In this document: one piece after another, positions 39,101-47,460 of the stretch
Layout of the letters: each line of letters begins with the position of its first letter
How positions within the stretch are numbered: the stretch's first letter is position 1
Position numbers and translations under genes: made by a program
The notes under the pieces: model-generated
What the model saw: the letters and a program-made list of their open reading frames with translations, nothing else
Database searches by the model: none
What the model was told of the DNA's origin: nothing
Origin: Oculina patagonica
Taxonomy: Eukaryota
DNA length: 64,000 nucleotides
Direction: 5' to 3'
Assembly: GCF_052425735.1 (NCBI RefSeq)
Contig: NC_135771.1
Span: forward strand, 21,142,001 to 21,206,000

Positions 39101-42100
39101 ACATATGTGATACGGAACTGTGAAGTTTAGCTCTATATAAGATGTCGCTGATTCGTTGAAGCACCACACAATTGTATCATTCTCTAGGACTGGCTGTTCT
39201 TCGGTGGGATGTTCAGGCAGGATGGAAGCATTGAATGGAATGGAAAAACTGGTGACGTTGTCATTGGTGAGGTTGATGTGATAAGCTTTACAAGAATCTG
39301 AAGAAGAGTAGCAATGTTTAGGTTGACGTCTGCAATACCGGTTCCTAACTATATCCACATAAATGCACGAAAACACGTTTCGTTTAACCACCACCTAGGA
39401 TTGATTTTTTTTTTTTACCAACGAAAGGGGCTATTTGCTCCAAACAAAACGAAAAATCTGTATTTATTTTATTTCATCCCTATTTATCTCACTTATAGGT
39501 AACGTTTTTTACCACCGAAAAAGGGCTATTGCCCGAAACGCCTGGTTTCTTTTTTTTTTAAAGAAATCTTTTTTGGCACTTTCCATCCCTATTTTATTTC
39601 ATTGAGTTTAGACAGCCTACATTACTGGTTGATTAAGGCAAATTAACCGCCGTTGCGAATTGAAAAGCTGACGTTTTGAGCTTTAGTCTCCCTTCGTCGG
39701 AGCAAAATAACTTTGTTACTTTTCCAGTTGACGCCTTTACCAGCATAACTTAAAAGGAAAGTAAGTTGGGCTCCACCATTAGAAAGATGTTTAAGATTCG
39801 ACCCGAACAATTCCATACTAATGACGTAGTTAAACAGAGATCCGTGCAGTGTTTCCGATTGGTTGTTACTTGCGGGCGAAAATTCAAAAACCAAGTAACA
39901 ACCAATCAGAAACACCACACAGTCCTCTGTAGAGCTACGTCCCTAGAATGGAATTTTTCGTGTTGAATCTCAGACGGCTCTTAAGCGGGAGAGGGAAGAT
40001 GTAAATGTAAATAAGCATTACCCTAGACGTAATGCTTATTTATAATTTGGAGTCCTTAAGCACTTTCAATTAAACTGATCAGACGATGAAACAAGTCATT
40101 ACGGTAATACACGTGATATTGAACAACGTTACTGATTATTAATCAATAATTACCAAGTTCACAAGGAAAAACCCCAATGTTACAATCCTGGGACTCGGTT
40201 AATTTATAGCCATCAGTTGAATAATTAAATATTGACGGGTAAATAAGACACGAGCGGTTACGAGTCTGTCTCCCATCAGGTCCGCAAGGCGTGCTGCAAG
40301 ATGACCAGGCCTCCCACTCACCCGGATGTAGAGTACCGTATGATCCATCTAAATAGACAAACAGACAAAATGAGTTGACAAAATAAACTTAATCAGAACT
40401 GTTACAATTCAAACTTAAGGGTATATGATTTTATCTAAATAAGCACAAAAAACGCCTAATAACAAAATACTGTAACAAAAACACAACTACACTTATGAGC
40501 ATTTTAACTTTATATCACAAGACGACTTACTAAAAATAAGTTTCGAGTCTCAAATAATGCATCACACCTTGTCGGTTTGCTTGTAAACTGGATATCTGAA
40601 TATGTTTTCGTTTCGTTTGGAAAATACGCTAAAATTCACTCCATAATCGGGCCCTGAGCCCTGTTTTTACACTTTCTTCTCTCTCTTTTTCTACTTATAA
40701 CAAAATGACCTGCTTTATGCAAATTTAGCAAAAGAAAAACATGTTTACCCTTCTCTCATCCTCACGTGCCAATGCCATTGAGCCTGCGTAAGGCGTGTTT
40801 GCATATCAAATAAGAGGAATGTTAGGGACGGACCATTAGAAAAGTGATAGGGGGGGTGGGGAATTTTCGGCTTGCACGAATTTTTTTTTCTGTCCATTTC
40901 TTGTGCAGGAATTTTTTTTTCGGGTGAAACCCTCTGCTCGAATTTTTTTTAGACAAATGTTTTTTCTTCTTCAGACAAATGCCATGTATTGCTACTTTAT
41001 ACGTCAATGTTTTTGACAAATGTTGCTTTGTTGATTATTTGCTTAATAGTTTAAATATTTTAAAAATGCTGTTGCTCATTGATTTCATCCGTTAGGGACT
41101 GTCAATAAGTACTGAGAGGGGGGGGGGGAGGGGTGAGAGGGTCAAGGGGCGGTGCAATTGGAAAAGAAAAATATGTGACCCACCCCTTCCTTCTAGCTCA
41201 AAATTGACTGACCAAGCCCTGATCGAAGGTTGGAAATAAACATGATTCACCCCTTTTTACAAAAAACAGTTAGTAAGGAAAAAGTCTTTTTGATTGTCTG
41301 TAATGGATTAGAGGTTTTTGAATTGACATCAGCTTTTAAAGTGCGATCTCAATCATACACCACCCTGTGTCCTATATCCATAATGGACACTGTGATTCTA
41401 TGTACATCTTCTTTCGGTTCTTAACACACCAAAGCGGGATGAATTTCTCACTTCGTATAACAGATTTGTGTTTTTCACATATTTCTATGTAAAGTCCGTG
41501 GGAAAACTTAGACATAAACATATGCAAAAACTAAAACAAAACGTAATAGAAATTCAGTACTAATTACTGCAGAAATCATATTTGACAGGAATTGACAACA
41601 GAAACTACAACCACTGTACCATTCATCTGTTTGAGAAATGAGTTAACTAGTAAGCAATCTACGCAGGCTGGAGAGAGACGAGCTAAACGAATTTTATGAT
41701 CAGAATCTATCTAGGGGGGTCTGGGGGCATGCTCCTCCAGAAAATGTTGAAATTTCTTATGCTCGGAAATGCTATTTTCAGCGTTCTCCACCATATATTT
41801 CGTCGAATAATTGATCTCATCAAGTGTTAAATGATGACAGGTATTTTCAGAGCTTATTAGAACCTTTCCTTCTGCACGAATTTTTTTCTTTGCCTTCCCC
41901 TTCGCACGATTTTTTTTTCTTACCATTTTGGCTTGCATGAATTTTTTTTTGTTTTCCCCCCCCCCCCCCACCCCATCACTTTTCTAATGGTCCGTCCCTT
42001 AGGGCGGCTTTGGAATGGGATATCCGGATCTAGATTTTGAGATCGGGGCTTCGGATCTCACAATAAAACACAATATCCAAAAACGGATGTTGACTTACCA

Positions 42101-45100
42101 AAATCTTTCTCCGAGGTGGATTTCAATTAAAAAAAAATCCAAGCTGGGATGTAATGGATTTGTTATTGTGCGGGGGGAGGGGGGGGGAGATTTCAGTGCG
42201 CCAATCAAGGTTGTCTTTCACGATAATAGGCCTGATCACGGTTTTCGACGCCATCTTGACGAGTAAGCAAAGCGGGTAGAAATTACAGTGTTTGTATGGG
42301 AATCCGACGGCAAATATCTTTTACAAAAATTGAATTCTGGATAACTTATGAATTGTAAAGTTAAGATACTAGGGAAAAGTTTTTATTCGCCGAGTTTGAA
42401 GGATGTAGCTGGGCTAGAAAGCGTTCAGTTACGTTTCCCATATATTTGTCTGTATTTTTTCTGCAGATTTACGTTCCGGTTCGGTGAGTTGACGCGGTTC
42501 GCGGGAAAAAAAATTATAGACAAATGTATGGGAAATTAAAAACGTATAAACTGAATGCTTTCTAGCCCCGCTACATCCTTCAAACTTTTCAATTCATAAA
42601 AGATATTTGCCGTCGGATTCCCATACAAACACTGTTATTTCAACCCGCTTTGCTACTCGTCAAGATGGCGTCGAAAACCGTGATAAGGCCTATTTCATGG
42701 CAATCACTGCGCACAAACATAAATGGGAATTGTCAATGTACTCCAAAGGACCTGTAGTAGAGTTTTGTTATTCTAGGTGCGTTACACAAGCGTGACCACA
42801 GGTCACGCCATTAGGGTATACATTGCATTGCATTGTAATTGAGCCCTATAGGGGCTAATGTAACTCGTGGTCTTTCGATAGCGTTTTGAAGTGTGTTTAT
42901 GCATTGTACGTGGAGTTGCGGAGCTAACCCGCGCTCGTTACCGGAATAAACACCTGGAAAATCCGTTTAAACTGTGTGCCGTGGTTTCCTACGAATTCCC
43001 ACCGCTACAGACCCAATAGGCTCCTTTTGTCTTCCTGTCACCAAGATGAGCTATTAATTAAAACAGTTTATTTTACTTAGTTTTGCTTACCTTGTTGGTA
43101 CGCGACAAGTTGTTCCCTGGGTACTAATATCGTGCTGTTATCCCTAGGACCTTTGACCTTAAGATGAAAGTGACCATCCGATTCCCCCAGTGGGTGAAAG
43201 AGAAGAACTTCAATGAAGTAGGTGCTTCCTTCGGTAAGGTTTGCGGATGAGTTTGCTCTGAATTAAGAAGTGAAAATAATATTAAAAATATCGATTTCAA
43301 ACACAAGCAGCGATTCCAGTGTTCTGATTGGTCCACTTAACCCACAACATGACTGCAATATAGTTTACAAAGCCATGGCAAATATGTTATATACGCATGG
43401 TGACCAGTTGTGGAGAAAATCATCGTAACTTTATTACTCCGATGGTTTTTAAAAGGTGGAAAGAGGCACTATGAGAATTTTATATGATTTCATGAGAGTT
43501 TTATATGATTTTATATATTCATGATTTCATATTCATGTTTCCCGGGTATATTACGAGACAATTTAATAACCAGCTCCCAGTTGGCTTGGTTAGAGCTGGT
43601 TAGAGCGCTGCACCGGTATCGCAGAGGTCAGGGTTCGAGTCCCGGCAAGCCTGATTTTTTCAGGCTTTCTTTTCGCAACTGCTTAAGTTGCGTTCTTAAC
43701 TGCGAGCTTCTTCTCTTCATTTTTTAACACTTACTATGCTTACAATATTTACGAAACTTTTTTTAGCAGACTAAGGCTACGATTACACAGTGACGCTACT
43801 ACTACGTACACAATAAGGCTACATTACTTCTACAATGCTACATAACAAAAGGAAGGCCAGAAAAAAGCGAATAAAAAATAGAATGAACTAGAAACAAAAA
43901 AAATAAACAAAACAAACAAACAAAAGAGGCTCAAAGACTTATTTGTAATTTGGATTTATGTTTTTTTGCTTACACTTCTTGCCGGTAAAGTACAATTTTG
44001 AAACTATACAGAAAACGAGACAAACAAAATTGATTTACTTACATTTTAAAATCCTGTTGTGGCATACCAAGACTCGAATTTCCTCCAGTGATTTTAAGTC
44101 CGCTATTTTCTGATGCCTTCATGAACCATTCACAAGCTCCATAGCATGAGAAATAAAACTCATTTACCCCAGTTAAAGAGCACAGAAAAAATGTTCGCAT
44201 GCGGAAACCAAGTGACATCCCTACCGCCCAGGTTGGCACAGAGAAATCATTCATTTCGTAGATGCTGGATTCATCAGCTTCTCTTCCCATGTTTGTAAAG
44301 GTTCTCAATTCTTCCAATGAATTTACCGAATTCCATTTTTCTATTAGAATTCCTTTGACGGCTGTGAAAACACATAATTAGTTTAATTAAAATTAATTGG
44401 ATACCCTGGGGAAGTACTTCCTATAATTTACCAGTAACGGGAGACTCTATCCGAAAGGGCTCCTTTTTCGGCTGTAGGTCTATAAATGAGTAGATATTGT
44501 AGAGAATGCTGTCGCTTAGGTATTTAAAACGGCCCCACTGAACAGATGTTGGGTTCCTGTTGAATAGTTTCGGCAGTTTCAGTAGTTCGATGAATGTTTC
44601 GTCGAATAAAGTCGGTGTTGTAGTTGTTTTTGTGGAAAAAGCGATCAATGTATTTGTTTTCACACTATACGAACTAAAGATTTGCTTATTTTTTTAAAAA
44701 AAAATTGCGTTGCAACTTGTCTCTCAACGTTCCGAAAGTAGAGAAGAGTTCTACTTTTCATGTAACTTGCAACGTAACATTCTGTTACATTGCAGGTTGC
44801 AAAAATAGGATGTTACGAGTAAAATATTTGACAACTGACACTGCAACGTTTGTTGCGTTGCCAATTGCAAGAAATTAGAAACATTGCCTCGTGGAACGTG
44901 GCCTTTAATTTTGATTTTTTTTTTCTGTACAGTTTAAACCGTAATTCATGGCAAGCACCACAAATATCATAAATATCAAAACGCACAAGAGAAAATAACA
45001 CTTACATTCTGGAACGCATGAGACATTGTAGAATGTATAACATGTTGGAAGGTATGACAGTAGCGTCAGCGCTGTCTGAAAACAAAGTAAAATATTTCAG

Positions 45101-47377
45101 ATTCAAATATAATAGTTTATAGGAAAGTTCATTTCTGAATCAGAGCAACCAGGACCCGCATCAGTATTATTATATAGAATAAACAATTTTGCAGGAGTCT
45201 TTTTTTGGCGAGGAATATTGTTGCTAAGCAACAAGACATTCCTCATTGCGTCATGCTGACGTGGCTTTTTTTGGAGCACTATTCTATGATGGAATTTAAA
45301 AAAATTGGAACTGGCCGCAATTTGAGTTTTTAAGAACGATTTCGCCGAAATGATTCCTGCATTCTACTTTGGCATAGACTAAACTGGACGAAAAAACTAT
45401 TTAAAAAAAGGCACAGGCAAACAAGATAAACTAAACTTTTCCTTTGAAGGGCTCTAAACTTTACAAGCTGACTTAGAACCTGTAGTGTTTGCTTTATTGT
45501 CAGACGTCGATGTTCAGGTCGGAACATTGGAATTATTAATCAGACTTTGTCTTTGATAACTTCAGTTTTATGTCTAAGCCAAACGAAATACGTGATGATA
45601 TGATTTTTGCCTTTTCTGCAAAGCGTTTTTCTTAAAATTGCAATAATCTAACCTTCGATTTAAGAACATCAATTTTTAATCATTAGCAAAACAATTTAAA
45701 AGAGTTGTTTTGTTAGATTTGACTCTAACAATTGTTGCTAGAGAAGATTACCACCGAAAATGATTTAGAATATTTACCTAACATTTCCAATGATATATGA
45801 TGCTTAAAAATTTATTTTAAATAACTTAACTGCAATGCTTCACAGACAAACATAAAAGGAAAGAAGCAAAAAGAATATATCGACTGGAGGAAATTATTTT
45901 TGCCCCTTTTTTACTAATTTGTTGATCGACATAAAAAGGACTGAGTGAAGCCACCTAAACGAAATTTCAAGAAATTAAAAGTTGATCGTTTTGAAGAGAA
46001 GTCATACTAAACAATTAATAATTAAGAAGAAATCCGCCAGGACTTCGAGTAGTTATTGGACAAAATTATGTACCAAAACTGTTTACACCTGATTGCAAGC
46101 TGAATTCCCATGAATCGCTTAAAAGATGTGAGCTTTTGCCCATAGGTTGTACCAATTTATTTCCACCTTATTGCAAACTTTTTTGTTACTGCTTCAAATA
46201 TCTTATCAAAAGAAATCTTTTCTAACAACACCAAACATCGAAAACAAATTTCGAAGTTCCGCTGAATTCCGCTGATTCGCTTAAGACGAATTTACAAAAT
46301 GGCTACACGTGAGATTTTGCCTATACCTTGTGAACTTTGAAATTCATTTTCTCAGACTCTGATAAGAAATTGTTGTTGGTGTTCTCACGGATAATTACTT
46401 ACATCTCTACCTTTTATTAAGGGTAGGAAAAAACGTAATAGGATTTAAATTATTCTGGTATTTGATTTTAGTCCAACTTTAATAAATATTGCTCGACTTC
46501 CTAGTGGATTCCGTCTTAATGGTTGAAAGAAAAGCATTAAACAATTATTGTACTTTAAATAGTTAAAGCAAACTTAAAAAACGTGTTTAAAATTATGTTA
46601 TACTAACTACTTCCTAACCGGATCCATGAATTACACTGTTATTCTTTTGTTGTCGTGATACATAACGATTGAGCGAACTAGAGTTTGAAGTTTGAATACA
46701 ATACAATTTTATTGTCCATACGTGGAACGAGGTCTCCCTCAATGTCCGAGCCAGAGGCTAATGTATTGAATTTAGTCAAGACATGTTGTACAAGAACACG
46801 TTCTCCAATATCATTTCTATTTTAAAACCACTTGTAACGGTATAAAAATTAAGTTAAAAAAGAATTAAAACTTGAGAGAGAAACATATATTTTTTTTAAC
46901 GATGGGGCATACATTACATTAAGTTACCATGAAACTGCGAAGTAGTAACGATCTAAACGTTAAAAAATCATTAAAAACAGTTATTTCTAGAAGATTTCTT
47001 GAAAAATTAATCCCCGATAACGAAAGCTTACCAGAATTTCAGACGTTTTCATTTATGAACTCCCCCTTTTTCCGCCTCTGGTTAATTTGCAAGAACTTCT
47101 CATGCAAAGAGCTCTGTTTTAGATAAGTACAAAGAAAAAACTCCCAGATGTTTCTATGTGAAATCGATGTTTTGTTTTGCCAATACCAATTTTGTCAGTT
47201 GTCAGGTCTTTCAATGACAGACCGTAGGCCTGTAGTCTTATTAGCTTTTAAAAAGTATTCAAATTGAAATAATGGCACAGCGATGCACTCAATTTCACTA
47301 ATTGTTTTTTCATTGAAGTTGATAAAATATATATTACCTAAAGTCAAATACGTAAACGTTTCCAGTGACCACCACAT
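1..47377 (-). CDS. Giant multi-exon gene (39 coding exons in window, >3,090 aa, 3' end outside window): SP-PA14-7x discoidin/11x FN3/3x C-type lectin ectodomain fused to a GluR0-like K+ channel module (S1-M1-P[TVGYGD]-M2-S2)
   Basis: Exons joined by hand with GT(GC)-AG boundaries and matching phases give one open frame, using the second of two nearby AGs at exons 2 and 7. Domain motifs recognised by eye. A single transcript is inferred, not proven. Confidence 0.85.
235..304 (-). CDS. Exon 38: S2 lobe start
   Basis: [23 protein letters not shown]; donor GTGAGT; phases 0/1. Confidence 0.88.
1093..1267 (-). CDS. Exon 37: YGD + inner helix M2
   Basis: [39 protein letters not shown]; phases 2/0. 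Confidence 0.95.
2105..2199 (-). CDS. Exon 36: pore helix and first half of K+ filter
   Basis: [32 protein letters not shown]; donor GTGAGT, phase 2; this frame is not in the ORF track. Confidence 0.95.
2928..3322 (-). CDS. Exon 35: S1 ligand-binding-like lobe + pre-M1 + M1 helix
   Basis: [17 protein letters not shown]...[16 protein letters not shown]...[24 protein letters not shown]; phases 1/0. Confidence 0.88.
4587..4901 (-). CDS. Exon 34: FN3 #11
   Basis: SAIKVTWE...GFYIKY...[28 protein letters not shown]; 315 nt. Confidence 0.92.
5598..5897. repeat. Hairpin-ended dispersed repeat (Crypton-like, tentative); second copy at 56801-57090
   Basis: Two ~300-bp copies with a GCTTCGC-loop stem and AATTGTTAA end. 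Confidence 0.8.
5923..6198 (-). CDS. Exon 33: FN3 #10
   Basis: [40 protein letters not shown]...[10 protein letters not shown]; 276 nt. Confidence 0.92.
6631..6930 (-). CDS. Exon 32: FN3 #9 (frame absent from ORF track)
   Basis: [25 protein letters not shown]...ITGYNVRFW...[23 protein letters not shown]; 300 nt. Confidence 0.9.
7598..7751 (-). CDS. Exon 31: discoidin domain 7, part b
   Basis: [44 protein letters not shown]; 154 nt like exon 26. Confidence 0.88.
7956..8372. mobile_element. MITE with CCCGGG-polyG termini, TSD CTTGCTA(C)
   Basis: TIRs and 7-8 bp direct repeat. Confidence 0.88.
8532..8833 (-). CDS. Exon 30: discoidin domain 7, part a
   Basis: [22 protein letters not shown]...AWCP...FLQVDLG...VATQG. 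Confidence 0.93.
9501..9893 (-). CDS. Exon 29: C-type lectin domain 3
   Basis: [14 protein letters not shown]...NWYNAEIDC...VFIGL...[17 protein letters not shown]; 393 nt. Confidence 0.93.
10085..10233. other. Assembly gap (149 N) in the intron between exons 28 and 29
   Basis: N run. Confidence 1.
10918..11223 (-). CDS. Exon 28: FN3 #8
   Basis: [24 protein letters not shown]...TGYKIIY...[19 protein letters not shown]; 306 nt. Confidence 0.92.
11553..11939 (-). CDS. Exon 27: C-type lectin domain 2
   Basis: FGDSCYSF...TWNENRDTC...WHIGL...WQGGQPSG...LND...FICE; 387 nt. Confidence 0.93.
12380..12478. repeat. (GTTTA)n/(GTCTA)n microsatellite
   Basis: Directly visible. Confidence 0.9.
12922..13075 (-). 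CDS. Exon 26: discoidin domain 6, part b
   Basis: [44 protein letters not shown]; 154 nt. Confidence 0.92.
13290..13615 (-). CDS. Exon 25: discoidin domain 6, part a
   Basis: [20 protein letters not shown]...AWCA...YLQVDL...VATQG; phases 1/0. Confidence 0.93.
13789..13942. mobile_element. Degenerate MITE (hAT-like ends)
   Basis: GGGACGGATCTAGG...CCTGTATCCGCCCC. Confidence 0.6.
14284..14652 (-). CDS. Exon 24: C-type lectin domain 1
   Basis: [13 protein letters not shown]...SWEDARKEC...HWIGLND...FQWSDGT...PYVCKK; 369 nt, phases 1/1. Confidence 0.95.
15413..15551 (-). CDS. Exon 23: discoidin domain 5, part b
   Basis: [46 protein letters not shown]. Confidence 0.95.
16335..16663 (-). CDS. Exon 22: discoidin domain 5, part a
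   Basis: [25 protein letters not shown]; phases 1/0. Confidence 0.95.
17969..18262 (-). CDS. Exon 21: FN3 #7
   Basis: 294 nt, phases 1/1, donor GTAGG. Confidence 0.93.
20221..20514 (-). CDS. Exon 20: FN3 #6
   Basis: 294 nt, phases 1/1, donor GTAAG. Confidence 0.93.
21175..21328. mobile_element. Palindromic Tourist/Harbinger-like MITE, TAA TSD
   Basis: Near-perfect 154-bp hairpin; empty site visible in paralogous introns at ~23840 and ~30630. Confidence 0.92.
21622..21760 (-). CDS. Exon 19: discoidin domain 4, part b
   Basis: [46 protein letters not shown]. Confidence 0.95.
21934..22274 (-). CDS. Exon 18: discoidin domain 4, part a
   Basis: [25 protein letters not shown]; phases 1/0. Confidence 0.95.
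22820..22863 (-). pseudogene. Truncated FN3 pseudo-exon with destroyed acceptor
   Basis: About 40 nt matches the 5' end of the FN3 exons plus upstream intron; acceptor TAG changed to TAT; rest of exon missing. Confidence 0.75.
22920..23370. repeat. (AATC)n-type microsatellite with internal ~150-bp duplication; paralogous tracts at 18320-18500, 20550-20860, 33860-33910
   Basis: Directly visible. Confidence 0.95.
23623..23759. mobile_element. Hairpin MITE with 8-bp TSD AAAAGGAC
   Basis: About 55-bp TIRs starting GG; empty site in paralogous intron at ~21090. Confidence 0.92.
24063..24201 (-). CDS. Exon 17: discoidin domain 3, part b
   Basis: [46 protein letters not shown]. Confidence 0.95.
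25362..25668. mobile_element. Transposon-end subrepeats (ACCCTCGACATGGT) followed by a GGTTGCCACAG...CTGTGGCAACC MITE
   Basis: Short tandem motifs and an inverted repeat. Confidence 0.6.
25819..26141 (-). CDS. Exon 16: discoidin domain 3, part a
   Basis: [25 protein letters not shown]; phases 1/0. Confidence 0.95.
26400..26880 (-). mobile_element. 5'-truncated LINE (L2/CR1 group) ORF2 C-terminus with AT-rich tail
   Basis: [29 protein letters not shown]...[18 protein letters not shown]...[10 protein letters not shown]. Confidence 0.9.
27476..27511 (-). CDS. Exon 15: 36-nt micro-exon, [12 protein letters not shown]
   Basis: ttttcag|cag...ccag|gtaact; tandem duplicate of exon 14 with flanking intron. 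Confidence 0.75.
27658..27705 (-). CDS. Exon 14: 48-nt micro-exon, Pro/Thr linker [16 protein letters not shown]
   Basis: ttttcag|...ccag|gtaact; length multiple of 3, phases 1/1. Confidence 0.75.
27826..28116. repeat. Hairpin-ended repeat (Crypton-like, tentative)
   Basis: TTGGATATGAGAT...ATCTCATATCCAA stem. Confidence 0.65.
28426..28849. mobile_element. MITE with CCCGGG-polyG termini, 8-bp TSD CCTGGAAC
   Basis: TIRs and TSD visible; truncated copy at ~7358-7570. Confidence 0.9.
29194..29484 (-). CDS. Exon 13: FN3 #5
   Basis: [33 protein letters not shown]; 291 nt, phases 1/1. Confidence 0.93.
30794..30932 (-). CDS. Exon 12: discoidin domain 2, part b
   Basis: [46 protein letters not shown]; 139 nt. 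Confidence 0.95.
31027..31209. mobile_element. Small MITE
   Basis: GCGCTTTTCATTTGTCAGAAC...GTTCTGACTAATGAAAAGCGC. Confidence 0.7.
31875..32206 (-). CDS. Exon 11: discoidin domain 2, part a
   Basis: [22 protein letters not shown]...WLQIDLG...VATQGR...[10 protein letters not shown]; phases 1/0. Confidence 0.95.
33506..33799 (-). CDS. Exon 10: FN3 #4 (GC donor)
   Basis: 294-nt paralog of exons 13/20/21; donor AAG|GCAAG. Confidence 0.88.
34001..34438. repeat. Hairpin-containing repeat (Crypton-like, tentative)
   Basis: About 55-bp stem around a GCGAAGC loop. Confidence 0.65.
34664..35055. mobile_element. MITE with TTAA TSD (Kolobok-like)
   Basis: TTAA|AGGGACCGTGTCACGG...CCGTAACACAGTCCCT|TTAA. 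Confidence 0.85.
35060..35453. mobile_element. Second TTAA-TSD MITE, abutting the previous one
   Basis: TTAA|GGTCATTGCCCT...AGGGCAATGACC|TTAA. Confidence 0.85.
35594..35899 (-). CDS. Exon 9: FN3 #3
   Basis: [23 protein letters not shown]...[13 protein letters not shown]; 306 nt, phases 1/1. Confidence 0.92.
36205..36498 (-). CDS. Exon 8: FN3 #2
   Basis: [11 protein letters not shown]...[16 protein letters not shown]...[16 protein letters not shown]; 294 nt, phases 1/1. Confidence 0.92.
36934..37269 (-). CDS. Exon 7: E/G repeat linker + FN3 #1 (5' boundary ambiguous, 37269 or 37279)
   Basis: [15 protein letters not shown]...[15 protein letters not shown]...[16 protein letters not shown]; donor GTAAG. 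Confidence 0.8.
37963..38113 (-). CDS. Exon 6: discoidin domain 1, part b
   Basis: VFKGNSYDD...[20 protein letters not shown]; phases 0/1. Confidence 0.85.
38966..39297 (-). CDS. Exon 5: discoidin (F5/8C) domain 1, divergent, part a
   Basis: [28 protein letters not shown]...YVTSFRIEF; phases 1/0. Confidence 0.85.
40825..41998. mobile_element. Non-autonomous PIF/Harbinger-like element
   Basis: 24-bp perfect TIR GGGACGGACCATTAGAAAAGTGAT, TTA TSD on both sides. Confidence 0.9.
42228..42691. mobile_element. Foldback MITE with about 200-bp inverted arms
   Basis: AGGCCTGATCACGGTTTTCGACGCCATCTTGACGAG...CTCGTCAAGATGGCGTCGAAAACCGTGATAAGGCCT. Confidence 0.9.
43091..43257 (-). CDS. Exon 4: PA14-like domain, C-part
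   Basis: [51 protein letters not shown]; phases 2/1; this frame is not in the ORF track. Confidence 0.75.
43540..43725 (+). mobile_element. Interspersed repeat containing a decayed tRNA-like head
   Basis: B box GGTTCGAGTCCC; D-arm damaged. Confidence 0.7.
44043..44361 (-). CDS. Exon 3: PA14-like domain, N-part
   Basis: [18 protein letters not shown]...[30 protein letters not shown]; phases 1/2. Confidence 0.75.
45006..45071 (-). CDS. Exon 2: [22 protein letters not shown], rest of signal peptide
   Basis: Acceptor ttgttttcagacag (second AG needed for frame with exon 1), donor GTAAG, phase 1. Confidence 0.65.
47338..47377 (-). CDS. Exon 1 (putative start): [13 protein letters not shown], first half of signal peptide
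   Basis: ATG at 47377, donor GTAATA, phase 1; with the next exon gives [27 protein letters not shown]. Confidence 0.55.
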
Positions 47378-47460
47378 TTTCTTTTCATATTTTTGATACC
47401 TGTTACGCACGCACTTTCGTTAACTTGAAATTGATGACTTGGATCATGATAATTTATTTA

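Noticed and set aside
43583-43650. tRNA gene
   Set aside because: D-arm is damaged and the sequence is embedded in an interspersed repeat.
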